The position numbers and the translations under genes were made by a program. Shown here in pieces: positions 38,646-50,750 of a stretch of 64,000 bases of DNA. Origin of the DNA: Lama guanicoe (Eukaryota); assembly GCA_013239625.1 (NCBI GenBank), contig MU054187.1, positions 6,273,757 to 6,337,756 of the forward strand, in the 5' to 3' direction. Under the pieces are notes generated by a model. It searched no databases, was not told where the DNA came from, and was given only the letters and a program-made list of their open reading frames with translations. Within the stretch, counting starts at the first letter, position 1. Each line of letters starts with the position of its first letter.

Positions 38646-39529
38646 TATATTACTCATTTCATTTCTGCAACACTGATTAATATTTATATTGCTGAAACTG
38701 TTCTGGTCACATTTCTCCTGTGGACGCATTTAAATCTTGAGTGTGTATTTTCTTACCAGAAAGGTAAGATTTCCGGTCTTTTTTGACCTCCAGTCTGGGC
38801 TCATTATCCCACCTACTGAGCTAAGCAGGACGCCATCTTTGAGAGAAGATGACGTCTCTTTCAGTGGTGAGGTTGACTTTGACTTTGGTCAACTTTGACT
38901 AGCTCTCAGTGGAGAAGGGGTTCCCTAAATTTTTCTCCACTCATGTTATCACCAAAGACGCTCTGCTCTTCATTTGCAATGGAGAAAGAAAGTTGACAGC
39001 ACAGCTGGAGGAAATTTTGCTTTGGATTTGGAAGCTGGGGAGCAAATGGGAAATTTCATGCTGCAGCCATGGTGGAGGCCAACCAAGCTTCAGTAACTTA
39101 CACGGTGTGTCCACAACCTGCTTCCCATGAAATTGCCTATAAGCGCGGACGACCTGGGGAGCTGCCGCCAATCTGCCTGTCTAGAAGGCTCTCTGGATTT
39201 TATAACTAGGCTCATTCCAGCACTTAATAAAACTGCGTTCTCCTATGGCTGGACAGGTGGGATTGCCCTGTACCCTGTCCCCACAGTCAGTCTGCTTTCT
39301 AAAGCAGTGTAATAGGCAGCCCAGCGAGTCACCTAAGCCCCTTATGAGGCTTTCAGGAGGTCTCGCCACTCCCGGCAAGGGGTGCGCTGAGCTCCTGAGC
39401 GAACAGATTCGCTTACCTTGGTCTAGAATTTATCCCGTGCTTGGACTGCCTTTGGTGACGGGTCGGTGCTTCTCATAACGTCTAAGCTGATCCTTGCTGT
39501 GCTGGTAACAGCTAATTGTGAGAATCTAG

Positions 39530-39657
39530 TGCTCCATTTAGACTTAGGGAACCTACTTCTAGTCCAGATTCTTTCCCTAAAAAATAAACTTCATCATCTG
39601 TCAGATGAAGAGGTCAGACTAGATAATTGCTAAGGACCTATCCAGCTCTAAAACTGT
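39530..39657 (+). mobile_element. MIR3 fragment
   Basis: 'catcatctgtcagatgaagaggtcagactagataattgctaaggacctatccagctctaaa'. Confidence 0.6.
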
Positions 39658-42600
39658 CCCATTTCTCTTGTTCTGGCTGTGCTAGAGTTGAAAACCACCG
39701 TCACTCTCAAAGGCAAGCTCACTCTTCCAGTATCATTCTAAAGATTCTTATCGGTCCCCCACCCCCAATCTAGTTTTCCCTCTTTGCTCCATTAAGATAA
39801 ATCCTAATGTCCTTGGCCATTTCTCAGAAGGGCAGTTTTCCCATACATATCATCATCCTCTTGGAAACCCTCTCCAAGGTCCTCACATAGCACTCCATGT
39901 GCACCTGCAAACAGAGTGCCAATATGGGCTTGACTACGTTGGAGCTGTGTGGCCGGATGTGGGTGCAGTCAGGTTCTGCCTTTCCAAACCTTGCTTCTCT
40001 GAGAGCTGAACCATATCAGGGAGCTTGCAGCCCACTCTCTTCTCCATTTGGCTTCTGTTAGAGTATAGGCAGCCTTAAATATGTTATAAACATGGCGGCC
40101 AACGATGAATGTCCTGGACCCATTTCCCCCCTTGGCTTGTGCAGAGAGAGCCCAGTCAGGTGGCATGGAAACATTGTTGGCAGGAACCATTGCTCCCTCT
40201 ATTTGGGGATGAAGGACCATAAATGGTGGCTGCCTTCCAAACTGCCAATAAATAAGTAAATATAGAGAGTGTTGACACTGGTCTTCCTGCCAAACGCCAG
40301 GCTGCTTCCATCCTCATCTTGGTGGGGGGATGAAAGAGAGAAGGGTTATTGAACAGGCTGATGAGAAGAAGCCTCCGTTCTATTTGGACTCTCTCCTCCT
40401 TTTGGAAAACTTTCAGTTGGCTCTCTGGTCCTTCTTGGAGAGTTCTGTCAAACGTGAGACTGCGTTCGCTTATTCATAATAATTGTCAGCAATGGAATGA
40501 AATGGAGCCATTTCTACGGATGAACCGTCATCAACAGATCCTTAAACGATAGTTGGGAATAACCGCGGAGGCGCCGAGAGGGCGCCTGTTCAGGGGCAGC
40601 GGTCAGGGAGAGACGGACTCCATTTCCTCTTGGTCCACAGACTCACAGGGGTTCTGACCTCTGCCTCCCGTGTGAGAGGACTTGGGGCACTGAGTGACTT
40701 TGAGGTCAGACAAAATGGTGGCCCGGGGGTAAGTAAGAAAGGCATTGAGAAGAGACGGCTTGTTTACTGTTGCAAATACCTCGTGCTTCACCTGGTGCCT
40801 GCCACATCAGAGGCACTTCATAAATACTCGGGGGATGAAGGGGAGAATTTGGAGATGCGCCGCTTCCTCTCTGCCTTGGTCTACCATCTTGGGCTGCTCC
40901 TGACTTTGAATTAGTCCAGAGCCACTCTTCCAGGATGTCTCAAGCTGATGATCCGGTTCTTTAAGGGGTTTCTCTCACCACCGCCTCACATCCAGCTTCC
41001 TTCTTTGGACCCCCACCAGCAGCATCGTGCCGGGCACCCCATAAAGGCAGTTCTAGCCCAAGTGGCATGCAGCCTTTTCCTGTTCTGAAGCAAGGATGGT
41101 CTTGAAAGTTTTCAAGAAGGGAAAAAGGAATGGGAAAGCAGTGAAACTTTTTTTTTTTTTTAAGAAAAGAAGGAAGCAAGTGCATGCCTACTAATCTTGT
41201 GCACTTTCTCCCTTCTTTTGTTTTTCTTTTTTAAAAATTGTTTCACTGCTTTTCTGTTCCTTTCCCCCTTTTCCTTGAAAAGTTTCAAGACCCTCCGATT
41301 AGAAGCAACTCACAAAATCTGTGAAAATGAGGAAAGAGAAGGCAAAGGACTGATAGAGGAATGAATAGCACAATGACTTCTCTTTTCTTAAGACCCAATG
41401 GGGTTTTCTCCCTTGCCGGCTGGTCTCCTGGGCAGAGCTTCTGGCCTTAAAGGGCCACGCGCACTTCAATTGTCCATTGTTTTGACAGCTGAAGAGTGAA
41501 GGAATTAACCCTTTGAATCAGTGTGTTTGGTTACTGCTTTCCTTCAAAGTGTGATCTGTTATCTACCTAATCAGGTACGGAGCAAGGACACGTTCATACA
41601 CATACACAACATATATTGAATACTATTGCATTTTTGATTAGTTTTGAAGTGACTGCTTTCTCTACACATCTTCATGGCATCTGAACTACCCAAGAGTTCC
41701 TACGAATGGTTTTGACACAAGACTTTCAGGTAATTAGAGAGATTCTATTTTCCAAGAAAGGCTCATCTCAGAACTCTGGTTCCAAAGAATTGTGGGTCAC
41801 TGTGGGTCACTGGTGTGGAAGCTTTAGCGGACAGCCTTCAACCTGGGGGCAGATACAGTTTCATGGGCAATTATACCATGTCATAGCAGTCCAGGTACTC
41901 ACACACATGTTCAAGAATGTAGTAAGCATGCCTGTGTCTATAAAGAGACATCAGCCCACATGACTCTTGTTTTTCTTTCCTCAGGTCTTCAATATACTTT
42001 CACTCTTTATATTTTTAATGGTGTGAATGTACCCGGAGGCTGAGTGGCAAAGGAACAGAGTCGTAAAAATGGAATAAATAAACACATGTAAATTTAAAAC
42101 TGATTTCTGAGTTGGTGATGTCTGACTTCCTCTGTTCACGTTTCTGCTACTCTTGTTGCTTTCGGGTTTTTGTTTTGCTTCTTGACTGTTGTTGTTTTCC
42201 ACCAAAGCTGTCACTTATCGTGAGAACAAGAGCAGCCATGTGTTGATTTTTCTGGATTCTTTTTGGACACTGTCCCAGTGCTAATGAAGGCCCTTCCAAA
42301 GTGCTAAAGAGCTGGTGCCAAAATCAGTTATGCTGAAAACAATAGAGAAGATGGGAGTACGGACAGCATGTGCGTCCCCACGTTTGCGCGCAGGCTCAGA
42401 GATGCTGGAGCGAATGCGCGCGCGCGTGCACGCAGACACACCTGCGCCGGGGCTACACGCGGGAGAAGGTGCGGGCTGCCTCTCCTTGAGAGGACTTTCT
42501 GCATCTGCTGGCAGAAAATTTTCATTGATCAAAATTTTGATGAACTGAATTTCTGAATTTTGCGGTGACCTCGTTTGTCGGTGTCGAAGCTCTTTGAAAT

Positions 42601-43200
42601 GTGTGTTCGTCAACTTAAAAAATTTAGATGTGAATGTAAGTTTGGTTATAGATCTTGTGTGTTTTATTCAGAGATGAGGTTGCTACTTCAGGAAGCACCT
42701 GGAAGGCTCAGCTGCTGCGTTTGTATTAATAAGGTCTTTGGCATTGGTCTTGGAGTACTTTTGAGATGGTGTACTGCCCTCCAAGGGGGGCAATTTTGTA
42801 GCTGGGTATCTCTCTCCCCCCCGTAGATTCTCCTTGCCTTTCTCCCAACGTGTAATTATCCTCTCCTCCAATTGTTTACGGGGCTTGGAGATGGGGACAG
42901 ACTTCTCTGGCGACCATGCAACCGAGCGCAATCACCCCAAAGAGCATTTAGCAGCTATAAAACCTAAATGCCCCGCCATGCGTCATTACATCGCAGTTAT
43001 TCAAATTTACTAAATTAAATTAAATAATCTCAAATAGCTTGATTTCGGGGCTTTAAAAATTCATTTCTATGGTGCCCAGTAGTCAATTTCCTTTATTATT
43101 ATTGTTCATCAAGTAGAATTGACGTTTTTGTTTTTTTTTTTTTGAATCAAAATCCTTGCCTGCCTCGCCGGCCCGAGCTGCTCGCAGCTCGGAGGCTTGG

Positions 43201-43218
43201 TGCGCCATCTACCGGCCG
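43201..43218 (-). promoter_or_regulatory. Predicted CTCF-binding motif in a CpG-rich patch
   Basis: Minus strand CGGCCGGTAGATGGCGCA closely fits the CTCF core CCASYAGRKGGCRS; surrounding 43160-43290 is CpG-dense. Confidence 0.65.
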
Positions 43219-44713
43219 ATTCGGGCACGGCCGCCGGCTGCGCAGCTCCGGGAGCGGCGCGGAAAAGCCGGGGTGGCCGCCTCGCTCATGTCACTGTAAA
43301 AAAAATCATAGGCAGGACCGTGCTCTCAGCTAGTGTGTTAACGGCTCCCTTGGGCTTTGTCGTTGTGGGTCAACTGGAAGTCGCGGGGACAACCCGGGGA
43401 GGTTTGCTGTCGAGGCTGGAGGGGTGTTTTCTGTTCCAGCTGCAGAGGCTGCAGGGTTTGGCCTGGTAGTTGTTCTGCTGCTTCCATTCTTCTTTATTAA
43501 AGGCCAGATGACCTAGTCAAACTGCTGTTATCTGGGAAGCCATTCCTTCTTTACCAAAAGCCAGCCTCTGCTCTTGTGCGACGCTGCTTGAAGAGAACAT
43601 TGATGCTCAGAGACAGTGGCTCTGCTGATGCCAAGAGCATGATTTCCCAGATGAAGACAATGCTGAGTCTTGCCATGTGTTAGGTTTTAAAGACTACTTT
43701 GTTTCCAGGGCAATTTTTTCCCCTTTGACAGTTCTGAAACAGAGTTGAATTCTGGCCTGGTCAAGGCAACTGCAACCCACCCGTTGTTTTAGAAGCTGGT
43801 TTAAACGACGTTCAGTGCAGTGATACTTTAGCAAATAAACAAACGATGGAGTGATGACTTTGTGCGTTTTAGGAGGGACAGCCCTCCAAAGCAGCGTTAC
43901 AATATTCCTTACTTCAAACTTCCCTGACACTTTTGCTTTAATTTCTGTTGCTTCAGGAGAGTTACAAAAATATGCCACTTACGTGCTTTCACACATTTTT
44001 AAGAATATAATAATTCAGGCGTCCCGGCGAGGGTTCCAAGCAGAGGGCTCAGAGTGGGTATTTCTGTGCCTTCCAGTTTGTCAGCCGCCTCCTCTCCCAG
44101 TCAGACGGTGCAACGTAGCAACAGATGGTGCTTTGGGCTGTCCGCTGAGTTTGGGATGGTCTATTTTGTGCTTTCTCAGAAAGATTTTCACTGTTAATTA
44201 CTTCAAATGACCGGCTAGAACCACCTCTTAAAAGTTGAGCTCGCTTCGCGAAGCCCCAGGGTTCAATGAGTGTGAGCGCACGTTTCTCTCATCCTCCAAA
44301 GGAGCTCCTTTCCTCTCCTTAAAAGGAAGCCTCTCCCTCCTTACAGCAGTGGTCCCACAGTTTCGAAGCATTTTCTTCAGATGTTTGTACAGGAAAAAAG
44401 CGTAAGGAGGAAGTCGCCGGGTTGGGAAGAAAAGCGCGTGATTTATAGTTCTTCTGCACGTGCGAGGTTACAAGTCCCTGGAGATCTAGGGCCACTTTAT
44501 CTTCCAAGCAAGAGTCAAAACTCAGTCACAGCCTTCATCTGATTCGAGAAGAGCAGGAGGAAGGTGCCAGAAGGGCTTGTTACTGAGCTTGCATTTAAGG
44601 CAAAAATCCCGTTCTTGAAGGGCCCAGGGCCTGAGAGCCTTCCTCCTTGGTGCTCAGAGGGAAAACCGAAGACTCTTTGGTCAGGCTGTTAATGTTCAAG
44701 GCAGAATCATCTT

Positions 44714-44731
44714 TGCGCCATCTGGTGATGA
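44714..44731 (-). promoter_or_regulatory. Predicted CTCF-binding motif
   Basis: Minus strand TCATCACCAGATGGCGCA. Confidence 0.5.
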
Positions 44732-45147
44732 GGGCGAGCTCTTCTTCATGTCCTGACCGTGCAGTTCCTGGTGTCTGTTTTGTTATCATAGCACGGATTT
44801 TGTGATGGTTACGTCACTGTGGGAGAGGTCCTGCGCTCGGCCGAGGTCCCCAAGCTTTCACCAGCCAGCCTGCATGCTGTCCGGGCGCCATGTCCTGGAG
44901 TTGCCCTCTTGCATCCTGGTCTAGCCCTCTTCATGCTGTGGCTTTCTAGCTCCTGTCTAATATAAAAATTGTTTGGTGAGGTTTTTTTTTTTCCTCCATG
45001 GAGTTTAAAGGAGTTAGCAGAGAAACACAGATAGGAACTAGCTCCCCCAAACTCAGTCCCAAGTCTGTTTGTTCTTATTCTTCTATGGGGAAAACCAGAA
45101 ACAAAGTGTCTAAAGGTTGTGCAGATGCCAGAATCCCTGCAGGAAGA

Positions 45148-45533
45148 TGTTATGGCCCGGACTGTGTCCCTCTCACCAAATTCACGTGCTGAAATTCTAA
45201 CCCGCAGAACCTCAGAACGTGGCCTTACTTGGAGACAGGGTCTGTTCAGAGGTAATTAAGTTGAATGAGGTCGTTAGGGTGGACCTTCATCCAGTATGAC
45301 TGGTGTCCTCATAAGAAGAGGAGATGAGGACACAGACGTGCGCAGAGGGAAGACCGTGTGAGGACACAGCACATGCCAAGGAGAGAGGCCCTTCCCACGG
45401 GCCCCAGAAGGAACTGAGGCTGCTGACACCTTGAGCTCATCCTTCTCGCCTCCAGACTGTGAGATGATGCATTCCTGCTGTTTAAGCCCCCTCGTCTGTG
45501 ACTCTTTGTTACGGCAACCTTGTAAATTCACGT
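45148..45533 (+). mobile_element. MaLR solo LTR (MLT1A/B-like)
   Basis: Starts tgttatgg; 'atgactggtgtcctcataagaagagga', 'gcctccagactgtgaga' and 'tttgttacggcaacc'. Confidence 0.9.
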
Positions 45534-45933
45534 AGGAGGTAACAAAGTTATTTCAGCCATTGGTATATTCTGGAATTCCTAAATGACTTCATCATCCCTG
45601 CAGGGAATTTGGTGGTGGTGGTGCTGGGGGTGAGTGGGTCCAAGATTCACTAAAGAGGCACTGGGGGAGTCCAGCCCTAACCTAACCACTGAATCCTGGG
45701 TAAAGCATACCGAAACACTCAGGTCTATGCAGCATTCTTGTCGTGTGCAAACCGTGGTTTGTAATGGTTATAACTGCCTTCTCTTTAGCTTCATATATCT
45801 GGACACATGAAGCACTTTCATGCTGACAAATGAAACACTTCAAAGCATAGCGCTTTATGTGTCTCTTTTGCAGACCCTTGACATGATTTTGAACAAAGTT
45901 AAGCTCCATGGACCTGCACACTGAATCCTTAGG

Positions 45934-46243
45934 TATCGTGGTCCCTCGGTATCCAAGGGGGATTGATTCCAGGATCTCTTATGTATGCCAAAATCTGAGG
46001 ATGCTCAAGTCCCTTATTAAAATGGAATAGTATTTGCATATAGCCTACGCAATCCTCTTGTGTGCTTTCAATCTTCTCTAGATTACTTATAATGCCTAAT
46101 TACAATGTAAACACTATGTACATAGTTGACAGCTTGGCAAATTCAAGTTTTGCATTTTGGAACTTTCTGGAATTAAAAGAAGTTTCAACCCATGTTTGGT
46201 TGAATCAGCAGATGCGGAACTGTTGACAGAAAGGGCCAATTGT
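45934..46243 (+). mobile_element. MER2-family (TcMar-Tigger) non-autonomous DNA transposon
   Basis: 'gtccctcggtatcc..gggggattgattccagga', 'ggatgctcaagtccctt' and 'ggttgaatc.gcagatgcggaac'. Confidence 0.85.
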
Positions 46244-47189
46244 GCTGATGCACCGGAGTGTGGCAGCCAGATGGAGGGCTAGGTGAGAGCTGCTGCTTCT
46301 GCTTTGAAAGGTGAGGCCTCTTTGAGGACTGGACTGATTCATCTTTTCATTTCTCGTCAGTGCAGCTGTTTTTCCCAGGATGTGCGTGGTCAAATGCTTA
46401 GTTCTTCCCTGGACGCCATGGGCACTGAGTTTATCCCACACGGGGTTGGCTGTGACCTCTAGACGCCACACTGACTTGGCTATCTGTAACACAGTCAGGG
46501 CAGAACCCCTGCAGTACACGTGATGGATCTGGCTTAGAAAATATGAGGGAACACCTGCAACTTTCGGCGGGGCTTGGTTTTCTTTGCATGTTAGTAAATA
46601 AACATTTCAAAACCGAGTCAGGTCATGAGAATTCAATTTCACTGAAAAAGATTGTAGAGCATTTTAAAAATTGTTTTCTTGAGTGCACCTCACCATATAG
46701 CATTGGCTTATTAAAGAAGACCTGAAGTCTTTTGTGTAGAATGAGTCTCAGATGGAATGGAAGGGCAGTGGAGAAGTGGAGCAAAGAAACACCTTTCACA
46801 TGGGCTTTTACTAAAGCTCAGTGGAGTTTTGTTTTATTATTTTTTTTAAACCGGGTATTGTTACTAGTGTCCCTTTAAGAACCTGCGAGGTTTCTAATGG
46901 ATACAGGTCATGGTGACAGCCTTAAATAAACCTTCAGTAATAAACAAATCATGTTGAGTTTTCATAAGATTACCATCATCTTGTGCCTGTTCCAATAGGG
47001 CGAAGAACGCGTGAAGGAAATGAACATGATAGATCTTATACATCATGCTGTCATGCCCACCAGTGAGACAAACAATGTCTCAAGGAGACTCACGCTGTCT
47101 TCCCGATAAAAGCCAACGGGAACGTGCATTAACTGGGATCTTGTCCTTTACAATAAACTATTCACCATCCTGCATTAGGTTGTGCACCT

Positions 47190-47211
47190 ACACACACACA
47201 CACACACACAC
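47190..47211 (+). repeat. (AC)11 microsatellite
   Basis: Directly visible. Confidence 0.9.
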
Positions 47212-49589
47212 TATGGAATAAAAAAGGATTCAGTAGACATAAGGCATTTGCTCTGGGGGTTTGGAATTTAAATACTGAGAGAGCTTATCAAATGCCAAAA
47301 ATTGGAGTGGAATTAATCAAATGAGTTGTCTAACTCAAAATTATATATGTGTGTCACCTTTGCTTTGGGTCTGTATCTCAAGACCTCATATAAATTAAAC
47401 GTATAGTTTGACCCATTTAAAAATAACTCTCTTTGGCTGTTGAGATCTTTAAGGTCAAGTTCAAGAAGTGTCAGCACCACGATGATTTACCATTTGGCGT
47501 TTCTTTTCTGAATATTTTCTCTAGCATTGGCGTGTTTGTCCCTGCTCATTCCCATTTGCACCAGGGAACTGATGAGCTGTGTGTTTATAATATCCAGTGT
47601 CTGGTTAGAATATGACAAATATTGCTTTGTTTTTCATTTTTCACTTGTCATCAGGATGTTTGAGGTGATATGCTAAATATGCTTATATGAAGTCATCTGC
47701 CTTTTAATATTATTCCCCTCAAAGTAACCTGGTTCTAATGTCCACATTTTAAAAGGTGATTTTGTTTATTGGTGACTTGGGCACTCTGTGATAAGGCATG
47801 GGAAGCAATCAAGAGAATATTTTCATGTTATAATAGAAAAGATCCCAGTGTTTTTCCTATCTGGATGGTCCTTGAGATGAACGTGGTATAAAAATATGAT
47901 ACGTTTCACTGCCGTAGAAGCAGCTAAGAAATCTTTACATGTATTGATGGGCTAACAGCTGCAAACACAAGGTGACATCTTTAAAGATAAGGACACTGAA
48001 TTATTGATTGGACAGATCCGTTTGGCAAGGCAGCGGTGACGTATAGGTAGAAGAAAGGGGTACTGGGAGAAAACTGAATGTGCATATTTGTAAATACCTT
48101 GCACAATTCGTAAATAATAATAATTACAATAGAGGTTCTGCCTGTGGCTTAAGGATCCGAGTCATATGAATTGATTGTCAACACTTCGCTTTAAAGTTCG
48201 ATGAATTAGGGCTGAATCATACAGTAATTCTTATGAAAGTCTTGTCCCTGTGACATCAAAATTCATACCACATGAATTCATTCCAGGTGGGATAATCACA
48301 ATAAATCAGTAATGACAAGATGTTTAGGATTCCAGGCATTACAGTATTGAAGGCAGCAAATTCCTGGCTGCTCAAGTGTCAGGTCATGTCAAGTCCAATT
48401 CTGTAAATTCTTCAGCCTTTCAACTTGAGTTTCCTTAGGGGCTGGGTTCCAGGTTTCTCTGCTGGGCCAGGGAAGCTGAAAGTAGCAACCTGGTCACTGG
48501 CTTTTCTAAGGATGCAGGTTGCTCAAGGAATCTCCTAAGCAAACTGCTACCAAAGAGATGTTGACATGGGTAAGCAAATCACGTGGTCCTGGGTGGCCAA
48601 GAGCTTAAGAAGATTCCGTTCTTCGAGGCTCTGCTCTTTGGTTGATCTTTCTGTTCCTCCCTGCCTGCTGCTTAAGTTTATTGCATTCTGGAGCTTCCTC
48701 TGGCCTTCGGGGGACTCTAATAGCATCCTCTCCCTTTGCGTGGGCTCACGTGGAGGCTCGGAGATGTGGAGGGACTTCCCCAGGAGCACACATCTGTAAA
48801 TCCCCAGCCCAGTTCTTCTTTGTGGCCTCTGGTAGGGCACCTTGACAAAGCCGTGAGCTGCAGGCAGATGGGGGAAAATGCAAAAAGTGTCTACTACACC
48901 GGAGGCCCCGTGTGAGAAACCACGAGATCAGATAGTAGCTGAGAAATCAGAGATACTTCACGGAAGCTAGTTAATTTCCTGGCCCTGAAGAAGGGCTCCT
49001 GAGCAGGGTTAGAGTGCTGGGCTTTCTAGGTCTGCTTGAATAATTCAGAATCATTCCTGCTTTGCAAAACGCACAGACCCGAGACCGCTGGGAGCTGGTC
49101 CTTTGTGCGTGCATCAGATAATTCATGAGTTCACAGAGGAACACAAATAAAGGCTAAACATCAGATAGCTTCACTCTTCTCCTGGTATCTAAGCAAAACC
49201 CTTTTTGAGACGCCAAGAGTGGTTAAATTTCTTTGCATGAGAAAAGACCAGGGTTGGGGAAGCCTCCAGAGAGAGGCAGGTGAGAGGGAGCGGGAACTTT
49301 GCAGGGGACGGAATCTTGCTGTGTGCTTGTGATGTAAATTCCCCACCGCCATTTCCTCAAGGAATCTTGACCAAAGACTTACATCATTGTTCAAGGCTTT
49401 TGATGGTGGTGTGGCTTTGAACGTGATTCTGCAAGAGAGCCTGATCTCAGGGTAACCAGCTGCATGCGGTCCACCTTTAATGAAGCATTTATATTGCAAG
49501 CAGTGTGGGGATCTAGGATTCGAAAGTGACCCAGAGCCCATTTCTCCCTCACATTTGGGGTAAAGGGAGAGGTGGCACCCTGGACTTTC

Positions 49590-49718
49590 ATAACTGCCTA
49601 TTTAATTAACGTCTGTTTCTCCCAGCAGACTGTAAGCTTTAGGAAGGCAAGAACCAGATCTGTTTTGCTCACAATACCTAGAGGAGAGTCAACACTCAAT
49701 AACAGTTGTTAAATGCCT
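49590..49718 (+). mobile_element. L2 3' end
   Basis: 'agactgtaagctttaggaaggcaagaacc...cactcaataacagttgttaaatg'. Confidence 0.7.
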
Positions 49719-49724
49719 GAGGGT

Positions 49725-50143
49725 TGTCTTAGTGTCTTGTGGCTTCTGTAACAAAAGCCCTACGAACTAGGTGATTTTAAACAACAGAAATTTATTCTCG
49801 CACAGCTCTGGGGCTGTCAGCTGGGTTCGTTCCTCCTTGGGGGTGCAGCTCCCGATGCTGCCCGTTCACCCTCAGGGTTCCTCGGGCCGCAGGGTAACAC
49901 GCCCATCTCTGCTTCTGTGGTCACGTGGCTTCTTCCTTCTGTGTGGGCCTGTCCCCGTGTGTCTTCTTATAAGAACACCACTCATGTTGCCTTAAGGACC
50001 CACCTGCCTCCAGTAAGACTTCATCTTGACTTAGTCTGGAAAGACCCTATTTTCTAATAAGGTCACTTTTACCTGTGCCAGGGGTTAGGATGCCAACTTT
50101 CTTCTTTTTTTTTAGGTGGGGGGACACAGTTCAATGCATAACA
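49725..50143 (-). mobile_element. MaLR solo LTR (MLT1B/C-like)
   Basis: 'taaacaacagaaatttattctcgcacagctctgg' and 'aagaccctattttctaataaggtcac...acacagttcaatgcataaca'. Confidence 0.85.
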
Positions 50144-50609
50144 AGTGCTGGATAACATTACTGTGTTTCTGAGATGAGGACGTAGGTGAATCATTACCCA
50201 ACTAAGTTTGGACAAGGACAGTTTCCAAGACCCATGCCTCTGTCTACTGGGGATGTGGATGGGGCTGGACTGGGAGATGGCAAGGGCATGCCCCGTGTAC
50301 CCCTTGGGCCCTCCCCGCTCCTCATCCAGACTCCCAGCCAACCCTCGCCCACTGCCCCTGCCTCCCCTGCCCTCTGCTTGCCACCTCTCCCCCGTTGCCC
50401 CTATGTTCTTCCCTCTCCTGCATCTGTTTCTGCTTTGACTCCTCCTTTGGCTGTGCCGACTCAGAAGGGTGCAGAGGGGGCAGGGTGCCCACCCTTCTCC
50501 CAGAGTCTAACGAGTGCCGGGCAGATGGTTCTGGTGGCCAGGAGCGAATGGCACGGGGTCTGAGGTCCTTCCTCTGGCCTCTGCCATCTGACTAGGAGAC
50601 GACAGTGAA

Positions 50610-50750
50610 CTTTATAGCTCACATTTATGAAGCACTTACCTGCCAAAGGTTGTGCTAAGCGCTTTATGCGTCTCTTGAGTCCCAAGCTAAATCACTTGCT
50701 CAAGGTGACCTTGCATGTTAGAGGTGGGTTGGAACTTTAACCGGGTTTAT
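50610..50750 (-). mobile_element. MIR fragment
   Basis: 'atagctcacatttatgaagcacttacc...tgtgctaagcgctttatg...cacttgctcaaggtgac'. Confidence 0.65.

Noticed and set aside
41791..41810. Short tandem duplications (tgtgggtcac x2; also 372-391, 37914-37931, 62101-62124)
   Set aside because: Ordinary slippage micro-duplications with no higher-order pattern.
47470..47490. REST/NRSE site (tcagcaccacg)
   Set aside because: Only the left half matches; the GGACAG right half is missing.
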